In this document: positions 51,625-60,775 of the stretch, piece after piece
How positions within the stretch are numbered: the first letter of the stretch is position 1
Layout of the letters: the number at the start of each line of letters is the position of its first letter
Source of the DNA: an uncultured Chloroflexia bacterium
GTDB lineage: Bacteria > Chloroflexota > Limnocylindria > Limnocylindrales > CSP1-4
Length of the DNA stretch: 64,000 nt
NCBI GenBank assembly: GCA_963746075.1
Contig: CAVUZY010000004.1
Location: forward strand, 200,213 to 264,212
Direction of reading: 5' to 3'
Notes under the pieces: model-generated
Database searches by the model: none
Told to the model about the DNA's origin: nothing
Seen by the model: the letters and a program-made list of their open reading frames with translations, nothing else
Made by a program: the position numbers and the translations under genes

Positions 51625-52011
51625 ATGCTGGTTGGCGTGACCCTCGTCTTGATCGCAATCGGCGGCGCGGCGGGTGCCGTGACACGGTATGTCGTCGACG
51701 GTGCCGTCGGGGAGAGGGTTTCGGGTTCGTTCCCGCTCGGGATCTTGGTCGTGAACGTGAGCGGTACGTTCGCGCTGGGCCTCGTAGCGGCCATCATCCT
51801 GGAGCGCGGGCTGCTGCCGTCTGAGCTGCGTGCCCCCGTGATCGTCGGCTTCCTCGGCGCGTACACGACCTTCTCGACCCTCATGCTCGACAGCTGGCGG
51901 CTGGCCGAGGACGGCCTGCAGATCCTGGCTGTGGCAAACCTTGCGGGCTCCGTCGTGCTCGGCGTGATCGCCGTCGTCGGCGGCCTCTGGATCGGGCGCC
52001 TCCTGGGTTGA
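51625..52011 (+). CDS. crcB: Fluoride ion channel CrcB/FluC
   Basis: GGAAGAVTRYVV...LGILVVNVSGTFALG...GFLGAYTTFSTL, 4 TM segments. The start is ATG 51625 or TTG 51601. Confidence 0.85.
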   Translation: MLVGVTLVLIAIGGAAGAVTRYVVDGAVGERVSGSFPLGILVVNVSGTFALGLVAAIILERGLLPSELRAPVIVGFLGAYTTFSTLMLDSWRLAEDGLQILAVANLAGSVVLGVIAVVGGLWIGRLLG

Positions 52012-52097
52012 GGACCCAAGCTCCGCCGCGTCGGGCGGCTGGCGCGGCGCCGGATGCGAGTCGCGGGCGCTGCCCTGGTCGAGGGCTTCCACACCGG

Positions 52098-53003
52098 TCA
52101 GATCGCCGCGATCGACCGCGGCGCGTAGCGCGGACCGAAGGCCGGTGGCCGGAGGCCGCTCGTCTCGAGGAGCCGGATCACGCGGGCCCGGTGTCCGCGC
52201 CACGGCTCGAGCAGCTCGAGCATCCGCTCGTCCGTTCCGCGAATCTCGCCGGCCAGGCTGAAGGCGACGAGATTCTTCAGGTGGAAGTCCCCGACGCTCA
52301 CGGCGTCGGGATCGCCGGCGGCCCGGAGCATCACCTCGGCCGCGGTCCATGGTCCGATGCCCGGCACGGCGGTCAGCCGCAAGTAGGCCGCGTCGCGGGC
52401 CAGGCCCAGCACCTCCTCGAACCTGATCGCCCGGTCGGCGACCCGCCGGACGAGGTCGGCTCGGCGCCGCTCCACCCCGATCGGGTGGAACGCGTGGTAG
52501 GGGATCGCCGCGATCGCGGCAGGCTCCGGCAGGAGCCGAAGCCCGAACGGCCCCGGCGCAGGCTCGCCCCAGCCGCGGACCAGGCCGCGCAGCCCGCGCC
52601 ACGCCTCGGTGCCGGTCACCTTCTGCTCGAGGATCGCCGGGACCAGGGCCTCGATGACCGCCCCGCTCCGCCCGAGCCGGATTCCACGGTGACGCCGATC
52701 CAGCTCGGCGACGAGCGGATGGTGGCGGGGCTCGAACCCTGACCGGTCGTCCTCGAGCCCGATCAGGGCGGGCAGGCTGTCGAGGGCCCGATCGCCCCCT
52801 GGTCCCCACGCTTCGGCGTCGACCCGGCCGGCGGCGGCGTCCTGGACGATCGCGAGCGTCGCCGGGCCGTCCGCGGTCCGCGTCGCCCGGACGATGCGCC
52901 CGGCCACGATCCGCATCGACGGGTCGCCGCTGCCGCGGAGATGGATCGATAGGGTCCGGCGCAGGTCGAGGGGGCCGTCGACGGTGACGGTGCGGGTCGG
53001 CAT
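52098..53003 (-). CDS. DNA-3-methyladenine glycosylase II family (AlkA-like, HhH-GPD)
   Basis: ATG 53003. LTAVPGIGPWTAAEVMLRAAGDPDAVSVGDFHL (HhH-GPD with Asp). Confidence 0.85.
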   Translation of the reverse strand: MPTRTVTVDGPLDLRRTLSIHLRGSGDPSMRIVAGRIVRATRTADGPATLAIVQDAAAGRVDAEAWGPGGDRALDSLPALIGLEDDRSGFEPRHHPLVAELDRRHRGIRLGRSGAVIEALVPAILEQKVTGTEAWRGLRGLVRGWGEPAPGPFGLRLLPEPAAIAAIPYHAFHPIGVERRRADLVRRVADRAIRFEEVLGLARDAAYLRLTAVPGIGPWTAAEVMLRAAGDPDAVSVGDFHLKNLVAFSLAGEIRGTDERMLELLEPWRGHRARVIRLLETSGLRPPAFGPRYAPRSIAAI

Positions 53004-53226
53004 GATCCTCGAAGTCTGGCACGGAGCGGGCCCGTCGGGTCGTCCACGCCACCGGGTCGCCGGCCCGAGAGACGCAGTCGGGCGGAGGGTCCGGGAGCGG
53101 CGATTCCGCCGAGATTTGGGACACTTATCCACATTTCCTGGCGTCCAGATTCGTCGTTGTCACGCACACGCAACACTCCGGAGCGTGGCGTCGCCGGCAG
53201 AAACGAGACACTTGCGCTAAGGTTCC

Positions 53227-53832
53227 TTGGACGTGCGACGCCCCAGAGTCGTCGCGGGTATGGCGCTCATCGCCGTGCTCGCCGCGGCCGCCGTCCCCGG
53301 ATCCGTTGGATCCCAGGGCCCCAGCCCTGACGCTTCGATCGACGCGACCCTCTTCCGAGGTGTGGACGCGGTGTCGATCGACGGGACAGCTGCGATGACT
53401 TACTCACTCGATCCCGCGTACCGGTCTGACGGTGCGCTCAGCGATACAACGGTCCTGCTCGACCCGGACGAGCGGCCTGCCCCGGCAGGCCGTCCCGATG
53501 CGGCACGGATCCAGCCCGACGCGCCCGTCGGGTCCGTGGCGATCCCGCAGTGGCATCGCGACGCGAACGTGTCGTGGTACGGCCCCGGGTTCTACGGGAA
53601 TCGGACCGCGTGCGGTTACGCGATGACGAAGACCCTCGTCGGCGTGGCCCACCGGACCCTTCCGTGTGGAACCAAGGTCACCTTCCGCAACCCGGCCAAC
53701 GGCCGCACGGTCACCACGAAGGTGGTCGATCGTGGACCGTATGTCTCGGGCCGGCAGTGGGACCTGACCGGCGGCCTGTGCCTGGCCCTGGACCATTGCT
53801 ACACCGGCACCGTTCTCTGGAAGCTCCCGTAG
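53227..53832 (+). CDS. RlpA-like double-psi beta-barrel (DPBB) secreted protein
   Basis: Signal-like VVAGMALIAVLAAAAVPG. SWYGPGFYGNRTACGY...HRTLPCGTKVTFRNPANGRTVTTKVVDRGPY. The start is TTG 53227 or ATG 53260. Confidence 0.8.
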   Translation: MDVRRPRVVAGMALIAVLAAAAVPGSVGSQGPSPDASIDATLFRGVDAVSIDGTAAMTYSLDPAYRSDGALSDTTVLLDPDERPAPAGRPDAARIQPDAPVGSVAIPQWHRDANVSWYGPGFYGNRTACGYAMTKTLVGVAHRTLPCGTKVTFRNPANGRTVTTKVVDRGPYVSGRQWDLTGGLCLALDHCYTGTVLWKLP

Positions 53833-53888
53833 CTCGCTGACTCGGACCGTCCCGACACCGGGGCCCGGTCCGATCATTCCCGCGCTGC

Positions 53889-54134
53889 TCAAGCGGCGAG
53901 GCACCGCCCGATGGCGGCGCTTCGCCATGTCCGGAGGGGGCGGCATCCGCGTCCCGATCCGGCCCGTGCGCCCGCTGGGGAGTGGAAGCCCTCCAATTCC
54001 GCCTCGGCGTGCGATGCCAGGTAGCGCTCGAGGTGGATGACCGCGTTCTTCGCGGCCTTGGACCAGCGGCCCTCCCCTCCGACGACCGCCCGGACGCCGG
54101 TCTGGATGGTCGAGCCGATCGTGGCCGTGGCCAT
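53889..54134 (-). CDS. Hypothetical small protein (weak call)
   Basis: The first ~55 codons from ATG 54134 (MATATIGSTIQTGVRAVVGGEGRWSKAAKNAVIHLERYLASHAEAELEG) have strong G/C-ending codon bias. The bias decays in the 3' third, which may mean a further frame change. Confidence 0.3.
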   Translation of the reverse strand: MATATIGSTIQTGVRAVVGGEGRWSKAAKNAVIHLERYLASHAEAELEGFHSPAGARAGSGRGCRPLRTWRSAAIGRCLAA

Positions 54135-54301
54135 GACTCGACTGTCGGGATCGCGAGCAGCCCGGCCGAGTCGAACAGCCACCGCGGCTGGTCGCAGGGA
54201 CGGATCGCGGCCGGTCCGGTGTGCGGCGCTGCCCCCCGGGCGCGTGCAGGTCCGCGTGCCCGCGCGCGAAGCCCCGGGCCGGAACGCGGTACTCTCGGCA
54301 C

Positions 54302-54574
54302 ATGTGTCGAAGCATCAAGGTCCTACGCCGTCCGGACGAGCCGGCGACGACCGGTGAGATCGAGGCGGCCGCCCGCCAGTTCGTCCGCAAGGTCAGCGGC
54401 TACCGAACGCCGTCCCAGCGCAACAGCGCCGCCTTCGATGCGGCGATCGAAGAGATCGCAGAGGTGTCGCGGCGGATGCTCGAGGAGATCGGGGCCACCG
54501 TCGAGGTCGGGCCGGATCGCTGGAAGCCCGCGACCGGACAACACCGCCACCATACCCATCCAGCAGGGGCGTGA
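54302..54574 (+). CDS. DUF2277 family protein
   Basis: ATG 54302. The characteristic N-terminus MCRSIKVLRRPDEPATTGEIEAAARQFVRKVSGY. Confidence 0.75.
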   Translation: MCRSIKVLRRPDEPATTGEIEAAARQFVRKVSGYRTPSQRNSAAFDAAIEEIAEVSRRMLEEIGATVEVGPDRWKPATGQHRHHTHPAGA

Positions 54575-55827
54575 CGGTCGAGACGGCCGATCCAGGCGAT
54601 CCGCCCAGAGCCGCCACTGCGCCATGGTGGGATCGGCCGGGCCTGGAGGTCGTTGACGGCCGCCTGACGATCGCCGGCGACGACGCCGAGGCGCTCGCCC
54701 GCGAGCACGGGACCCCGCTCTTCGTCTACGACCGCCGGCGGTTCGCCGAGAACGCCGAGCGGATCCACGCCGCGCTGCGCGGGGCCGGACTCCGCCACCG
54801 GCTCCGCTTCGCCCTCAAGGCCAACCCCGACCCGCGGGCCCTGGAGGTCCTCCGGCCATCGGTCGGGATCGATGCCTGCTCGCCCGGCGAGGTCCTCCGG
54901 GCGATCGAGTGCGGTTGGCCACCGTCGGAGATCAGCGTCACCGCGACCAACCTGTCCGATCGCGACCTCGACGCGATCCTGACCCACGACGTCCACCTCA
55001 ACCTCGACGCCGTCAGCCAGGTGGAGCGACTTGGGCGTCGGCTGGCGGCGCTCGGCCTGCCGCCGCGGCCGATCGGGCTGCGGATCAACCCCGGAGTCGG
55101 CGCGGGCTACAACGAGAAGCTCGCGTACAGCGGCGTCCGCCCGACGAAGTTCGGGATCTACGAGGACCGGGTCACGGAGGCGGTGGCGGTTGCCGGGCGT
55201 CATGGGCTGGCGATCGACACGATCCATCTCCATGCCGGCTCAGGCTGGCTGGCCGATGGGCTCCCGGCGTTCGAGGCGGCACTGGCCCGGGTCGTCCCGA
55301 TCGTGCGGCGCCTGATCGCCGACGGTCACCCGATCGCCGAGACCAACGTCGGGGGCGGACTCGGCGTGCCCGCCCGGGCCGACGAGACGCCGATCGACCT
55401 CGACGCCTACGCGGCCGCGATCGCCCGCCAGCTCGGCGGGCTCGACGTCGCGGTCGGCTGCGAGCCCGGGGACTACCTCGCCAAGGACACGGCGATTCTC
55501 CTGGCCGAGGTCGTGACGGTCGAGGAGCGGGGCGGGACGACGTTCGTCGGGCTCGATGTGGGCTGGAACGTGAACTGCTCGCACTTCATCTACAAGTACG
55601 CCCAGGAGCTCGTCGTCTGCCGGTCAGCCGACGCCGCGCGCACCCAGCGCGTCACGGTGGCCGGTCACATCAACGAGGCGGGCGACCTGTTCGCGGAGGA
55701 CTACGACCTGGCGCCGGTCGCCGAGGGGGACATCGTCGCGTTGCTGAACGCCGGCGGCTACCACCAGGCGATGAGCTCGACCCACTGCCTGCGACCGCAT
55801 GCCGAGGCGTTGTTCCTCGATCGCTGA
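54571..55827 (+). CDS. Orn/DAP/Arg decarboxylase family 2 PLP enzyme (diaminopimelate decarboxylase-like; specificity unresolved)
   Basis: GTG 54571 overlaps the upstream stop (GTGA). TPLFVYD...FALKANPD (PLP-Lys)...HLHAGSG...NVGGGLG...CEPGDYL...NAGGYHQAMSS. Confidence 0.85.
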   Translation: MTVETADPGDPPRAATAPWWDRPGLEVVDGRLTIAGDDAEALAREHGTPLFVYDRRRFAENAERIHAALRGAGLRHRLRFALKANPDPRALEVLRPSVGIDACSPGEVLRAIECGWPPSEISVTATNLSDRDLDAILTHDVHLNLDAVSQVERLGRRLAALGLPPRPIGLRINPGVGAGYNEKLAYSGVRPTKFGIYEDRVTEAVAVAGRHGLAIDTIHLHAGSGWLADGLPAFEAALARVVPIVRRLIADGHPIAETNVGGGLGVPARADETPIDLDAYAAAIARQLGGLDVAVGCEPGDYLAKDTAILLAEVVTVEERGGTTFVGLDVGWNVNCSHFIYKYAQELVVCRSADAARTQRVTVAGHINEAGDLFAEDYDLAPVAEGDIVALLNAGGYHQAMSSTHCLRPHAEALFLDR

Positions 55828-55857
55828 TGGCGGCGCCCAGGGCGGTACGGGGCCCCG

Positions 55858-56334
55858 TCAGTCGGCGTCCAGGCTCCCCCACGACACCGACCGGATCACC
55901 GTGAAGCGCAGGATCGGGCGGTCCTCGAGGCGATGCGTGGCGTACTGCGGGTACTTCGCGCGGAGCGCGTCGACCGCCGCGGCGTGCTCCGCGAGCTCGT
56001 GCGGCTCGGGCTCGAGCATCTCCGCCCGCGTGTCGAGCCGGATCCACCCAAGGCGCGTCCAGTCCTCGGCCCAGCGGTCGATCAGGAGCGTGGCCTCCGG
56101 CAGGACGAGGATGTCCCGGACCCGGGCGAGCTCGTGCGGGTCGTCGCTCTGCTTCGGCTTGTCGTCGAGCGGGCTGTAGAGGCGGGCCCGACCGTCCGGC
56201 GCGTCCGGCCCGACCACGAAGCAGATCGGGACCAGGCGCGGCCGGCCGGACGGCGCGAGCGTGGCCAGCGTGGCGGTGCGGGCGGCCGAGAGGAAGGAGT
56301 GACGTCGGTCGTCGGGTGTCGAGATGTCCGGCAT
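55858..56334 (-). CDS. PPOX-class (pyridoxamine 5'-phosphate oxidase-like) probable F420-dependent enzyme
   Basis: FLSAARTATLATLAPSGRPRLVPICF...LLIDRWAEDWTRLGWIRLD is a split-barrel pattern. Confidence 0.75.
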   Translation of the reverse strand: MPDISTPDDRRHSFLSAARTATLATLAPSGRPRLVPICFVVGPDAPDGRARLYSPLDDKPKQSDDPHELARVRDILVLPEATLLIDRWAEDWTRLGWIRLDTRAEMLEPEPHELAEHAAAVDALRAKYPQYATHRLEDRPILRFTVIRSVSWGSLDAD

Positions 56335-56365
56335 GGTCGGATCATGCCTCTCCTACACTCCACGC

Positions 56366-57232
56366 GTGAACCACGAACCCCTCGCACCCCCGACGCGGCA
56401 CGTGACGACGACCCGGATCGTCGCCGTCCGCGGGTCGTCCCTCGAGTTCCGGGCCGATCGCGTCGTCGGTGAGGAGCCGCTGGAGATCCGGGCGGCCGGC
56501 CCCGGTCAGGATCCCGTCGCGGTCGCGATCACGATGCGCACGCCGGGCTTCGAGGATGAGCTGGCGATCGGCTTCCTGCTCACCGAGGGCCTGATCGACG
56601 GGCCGGAGGTCCTCCGCGTGACCACCGGCGATCCCGCCGCGATGAACCAGCCCGACGATCAGATCACGGTCCACCTGAGCCGCGCCTTCGACGCGACGCG
56701 GGTCGCGGAGCGGCACTTCGTCGCGACGGCCTCATGCGGGATCTGCGGCAAGGCGTCGCTCGACGAGATCACGGTCCGCTCGGCGCCGATCCCCGACGGC
56801 CCGGTCGTGTCGCGCTCGGTCGTCCTGGCCCTGCCCGACCTGCTCCGGGCGGCACAGCGGGCGTTCGACGAGACCGGCGGCCTCCACGCCGCCGGCCTGT
56901 TCACGCCCGCCGGCGAGCTCCTCGCCTTGCGCGAGGACGTCGGCCGCCACAACGCCCTGGACAAGCTCGTCGGCTCGCAGGTGCTCGAGAAGGAGATGCC
57001 GCTCCACGACCGGATTCTGATGGTCAGCGGCCGGGTCAGCTTCGAGATCATCCAGAAGGCAGCCGTGGCCGGCGTGCCGATCGTGTGCGCCGTGTCCGCA
57101 CCCTCGGACCTCGCGATCGAGGCGGCCGACCGGCTGGGCGTGACGCTGGTCGGGTTTCTTCGCGGCGATGGCTTCAACGTCTACGCCCACGACGAGCGGA
57201 TCGACCTGAACGACCTGCTCTCGTTCGACTGA
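56366..57232 (+). CDS. fdhD: Formate dehydrogenase accessory sulfurtransferase FdhD
   Basis: EEPLEIR...RTPGFEDELAIGFLLTEGLI...ASCGICGKASL...TGGLHAAGLF...EDVGRHNALDKL. GTG 56366 is preferred over ATG 56324, which would overlap the divergent gene. Confidence 0.9.
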   Translation: MNHEPLAPPTRHVTTTRIVAVRGSSLEFRADRVVGEEPLEIRAAGPGQDPVAVAITMRTPGFEDELAIGFLLTEGLIDGPEVLRVTTGDPAAMNQPDDQITVHLSRAFDATRVAERHFVATASCGICGKASLDEITVRSAPIPDGPVVSRSVVLALPDLLRAAQRAFDETGGLHAAGLFTPAGELLALREDVGRHNALDKLVGSQVLEKEMPLHDRILMVSGRVSFEIIQKAAVAGVPIVCAVSAPSDLAIEAADRLGVTLVGFLRGDGFNVYAHDERIDLNDLLSFD

Positions 57233-57285
57233 GCGGGGCAGCGAGGCAACGAGCCGATCGCCGCCCGCGCGCGGACGCCGGGGTA

Positions 57286-58303
57286 TCAGCCGCCGGCAGG
57301 GATCGCCACCGTCGCCCGGACGACGCAGTGGTCGCCGGCGGCCGGGCACGTCTCGTCGATCGCGATCGGCACGATGTCGGGCGAGGTGATGACGTGGTCG
57401 ATCCGGAGCAGGGCGAGCCCGAGATCGCTCGGGCCGGAACGGGCGCCACGTCCAGCCGGGCCCGAGCCCGACCTGGCCGTGGACGTCGCGCAGGCCTCGG
57501 ACCAGGCGGTCGAACGCCGGCTCCGACGTCGCCGTGTTCAGGTCGCCGAGCAGGAGCACCGGCAGGCCGCTCGCCATTCGCGCGTCGACGAGCCCGCGGA
57601 GCGTGTCGAGATCGGCGTTCCGCTGGCCCACGTCCAGCCCGACCGGGATGCGCGACGCGCCGAGCGACGCGATCTCGGCGTGGAACGGATGGGCGTGGAC
57701 GATCGCGAGCAGACGCCCGCCGCCGAGGTCGAGGGTCGCTTCCTGGACGGCCGGATCGAGCCGGAACGTCGCGTCCAGGATCGGGAAGCGACTGAGCAGA
57801 CCCAGACCGAGGACGCTCGCCCGGGCCTCGAGGACCCGGTAGGGGAACCGCGCCCGGAGGTCGGGATCGGCCTCGATCGCCGTGGCCGCCGCTGGCGTGA
57901 GCTCCTGCAGGCCGACGACGTCCCCGGACACCGACTCGAGCACGGCGGCCGACGACGCGCCGGTGCGCGACTCGACCTCGAGATTCCAGGTGATGACCTC
58001 GATCCGGGTTGCGTCCCCGCCGGCCGCGGCCGGCGGCAGCGAGACCCAGTCGCCGCTGAAACGGGCGATCGCGATCAGGAGCAGCGCGACCGAGGCCCAG
58101 CCGGCGGCCGGTCGCCGATCGATCAACGCGATCGGGATGACGACGAGGCCAAGGATCGCCAGGTGCGGGGCGAAGATCTGGACGACGCCGAGCGGACCGC
58201 CTTCTGGGACGGTGACCGCGAGCAGCCACTCGACGAGGGCGATCGCGCCGACGGCGGCGAGAGACAGCCGCGCGACCGCGCGGCGCAGGGGATGTGGGGT
58301 CAT
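57286..58303 (-). pseudogene. Endonuclease/exonuclease/phosphatase (EEP) family protein with N-terminal TM segments, one frame change near 57430
   Basis: ATG 58303. VITWNLEV...VVGLQEL...LLLGDLNT...GWTWRPF, then the conserved C-terminus SDLGLALLRIDHVITSPDIV...VRATVAIPAGG is in another frame, ending at the stop 57286-57288. Confidence 0.75.
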
Positions 58304-58348
58304 GCGTCCGTGACGGCTCGCGCCGGCGCCGCGTGACGAGCGGGTGCC

Positions 58349-59405
58349 TCAGGGTCCCGACTGCGGCCCGCGACTCTGCACGAACTGGAACCCGAACCGG
58401 CCCTTGACGCAGAGATGGCCCTCGGTGACCGACGAGTCGAGGGGCGACGTGACGGTCACGATCGTGTTGTCCTGGACATGGAGCTCGAGCGCGCAGCCGA
58501 CGCCGCAGTACGGGCAGATCGTGTCGGTCACGGTCTGGCCGCTCTCGTCCCACGTGCCGGCCGCCCGCATGTCGAACTCGGACTTGAACATCAGCGCGCC
58601 GGTCGGGCACACGCCGATGCAGTTGCCGCAGTACACGCAGGCGGACTCCGGCAGCGGGACCGCCGACTCGGTCGAGATCCGGGCGTCGAAGCCACGCCCG
58701 GCCACGGCGATCGCGAACGTGTTCTGGGCGTCCTCGCCGCAGGCCTCGACGCACTTGTAGCAGAGGATGCACTTCGAGTAGTCGCGGACGTAGAGATCGT
58801 TGTCGACCTTGACCGGCTGGGCGACCGTCTGGGCCGCGTCGACCGGCGGCGGGTGGTGGTGGCCGGCCTCGTGCGTGTCGCGCTCACCGGACGCCGCTGG
58901 CCGCGTCGGCGGCGCCGTACCGCGCCGGATCGGCCTCGTACCGATCGATGTAGCCCTGCGCCGCGGGCGCCGTCGACAGGTCGACCGACGAGCCGAGGAA
59001 CTCCATGACCATCTTCCGGCTGTGGCGGACCCGCTCTGAATCGGTCTTCACGTCCATCCCGGCCTCGACCTTGCGCGAGCAGGCCGGCACGAGGACCCGC
59101 GAGCCGGTCACCTCGACGACGCAGACGCGGCAGACGTTGACCGGGGTCAGGTTCTCGAGGTAGCACAGGGTCGGGGTGTCGATGCCCTCGGCCCGGCAGG
59201 CGTCGAGGATCGTCGAGCCGGCGGGGACGCTCACGGGGACGCCGTCGATCGTGAGCTCCACGGGAGCGCGGACCGGCGTCGGCGGGGCCTGCGGCGGACG
59301 GCTCGGCCGCGCCGCGGGACGGAGGAGGATGTCGGTCAGCGGCTGCGCCGCCGGCGGCTCGCCGGCGTGCGGGACGTTCCCGACGCCGGCCGGGTCGCGA
59401 TCCAT
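58349..59405 (-). pseudogene. NuoG/FdhA N-terminal Fe-S module only ([2Fe-2S] + 4Fe-4S ferredoxin-type + Molybdop_Fe4S4), lacking the molybdopterin domain; one frame change near 58900
   Basis: ATG 59405. LTIDGVPVSVPAGSTILDAC...CYLENLTPVNVCRVCVVEV. After ...DPARYG the reading continues in another frame: GERDTHEAGHHH...DYSKCILCYKCVEACGEDAQ...CVYCGNCIGVCPTGAL...CPYCGVGCALEL...EGHLCVKGRFGFQFV, then stops at 58349. Confidence 0.8.
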
Positions 59406-59422
59406 CGAGAGGCCGTCGCCGC

Positions 59423-60775
59423 TCACAGGGCCACCAGCTCCGGACGGCGGAGGGCGCTCTCGATCGCCGAGCTCGCGGTCTGGCCGAGGCCGCAGATCGA
59501 CGCGTCGCGCATGACCTGGCCAAGCTCGCGGAGGAGGGCGAGCTCGTCGTCGCGCTTGCCGTGGGACGCCGCGGCGCCGGACGCCAGGCGGGCGAGCAGC
59601 TCTTCCTGGCGGACCGTGCCGACCCGGCAGGGGACGCACTGGCCGCACGATTCGTCGCGGAAGAAGCGGGCGATCCGGGTCAGGGCACCGACCAGGTCGG
59701 CGGTCTCGTCGAAGACCAGCACGACGCCGGAGCCGAGCGTCGCGTTGATCGCGCGGGTCGCTTCGAACGTGAGCGGCGTGTCGAGCGCCTCCGGGCCGAC
59801 GAAGACGCCGGCCGCGCCGCCGAGCAGGACCGCCTTGAGCTCGTTCCCGCCGGGCACGCCGCCCGCCATCGCGATCAGCTCGCCCAGCGTGACGCCGAAC
59901 TCGACCTCGTAGATTCCGGGCTTGTCGACCTGGCCGGAGACGCAGAAGAGCTTCGGGCCGGTCGAGCCATCCGTGCCGATCGCCCGGTACGTCGCCGCAC
60001 CATCGTCCGAGCCGACGATCTGCAGGACGTTGACGAGGGTCTCGACGTTGTTGACCGCGGTCGGCTTGCCGAACAGCCCGACCTCGACCGGGAACGGCGG
60101 CTTGTTCCGGGGCTCGCCACGCTTGCCCTCGATCGACTCGAACAGCGCCGTCTCCTCGCCGCAGATGTAGGCCCCGGCGCCGCGCCGGAGCTCGATGTCG
60201 AGGTCGCCCAGGAGCCCGCCATCGCGGCTGGCGGCGATCGCACCCTGGATCCGGGCTTCCGCCAACGGATACTCACCGCGGATGTAGAGGAACGCCTTCG
60301 ACGCGCCGACCGCGAACGCCTCGATCGCCATCGCCTCGACGACGGCGAACGGGTCGCCTTCCATCAGGATCCGGTCCTTGAACGTCCCGGGCTCCGACTC
60401 GTCGGCGTTGCAGACGAGGTAGTGGGGCTGGGCGGGCTGGCTCGCGACCGCCGCCCACTTCCGTCCCGTCGGGAACGCCGCCCCGCCGCGGCCGACCAGG
60501 TTGGCCGCGGTCACCTCGTCGATGACCCGCCGCGGTCCGATCGCGCGGGCCCGCTCGAGGGCCCGGAACCCGCCATGGGCCCGGTAGTCGTCGAGTGAGG
60601 TGGGGTCGACGACGCCGACGCGGGCGAGGAGGCGCAGGCCCGGCTGGCCCGCCTGCGGGATCGGGAGGTCGCGCTGCTCCGTCCCTCGGCCAGGGCTCAT
60701 CCTGGCGACGACCCCGGCCGCGTCGACCGGCGCGGCGACCGTGGTCGTCGGGTCGGATCCCGCGACGGTGATCAT
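59423..60775 (-). CDS. NuoF-like NAD(H)-binding flavoprotein subunit (FMN + 4Fe-4S)
   Basis: LVGRGGAAFPTGRKW...YLVCNADESEPGTFKDR...GAGAYICGEETALFESIEGK...ESCGQCVPCRVGT...ICGLGQTA. The true N-terminus may extend upstream (see findings). Confidence 0.9.
   Translation of the reverse strand: MITVAGSDPTTTVAAPVDAAGVVARMSPGRGTEQRDLPIPQAGQPGLRLLARVGVVDPTSLDDYRAHGGFRALERARAIGPRRVIDEVTAANLVGRGGAAFPTGRKWAAVASQPAQPHYLVCNADESEPGTFKDRILMEGDPFAVVEAMAIEAFAVGASKAFLYIRGEYPLAEARIQGAIAASRDGGLLGDLDIELRRGAGAYICGEETALFESIEGKRGEPRNKPPFPVEVGLFGKPTAVNNVETLVNVLQIVGSDDGAATYRAIGTDGSTGPKLFCVSGQVDKPGIYEVEFGVTLGELIAMAGGVPGGNELKAVLLGGAAGVFVGPEALDTPLTFEATRAINATLGSGVVLVFDETADLVGALTRIARFFRDESCGQCVPCRVGTVRQEELLARLASGAAASHGKRDDELALLRELGQVMRDASICGLGQTASSAIESALRRPELVAL

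Noticed and set aside
53004-53226. A ydaO-type c-di-AMP riboswitch upstream of the RlpA-like gene.
   Set aside because: I could not find the GGGGUGAAUC / CCGAAUCC / AGCUAACCUCGUAAGCG-type core elements on either strand. It is kept only as an unexplained long leader (see findings).
58349-58351. The TGA ending the FdhA N-terminal module, considered as a possible selenocysteine codon with read-through into a molybdopterin domain.
   Set aside because: Only 45 nt separate this TGA from the ATG of the next gene (the EEP protein). No MopB-like reading follows in any frame. In FdhA the Sec/Cys ligand position also lies well inside the MopB domain, not here.
60772-60775. The ATGA start/stop overlap between the NuoE-like and NuoF-like ORFs, considered as evidence of translational coupling.
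   Set aside because: The TGA belongs to a frame that is only reached through an uncorrected frame change. In the homology-supported frame there is no stop.
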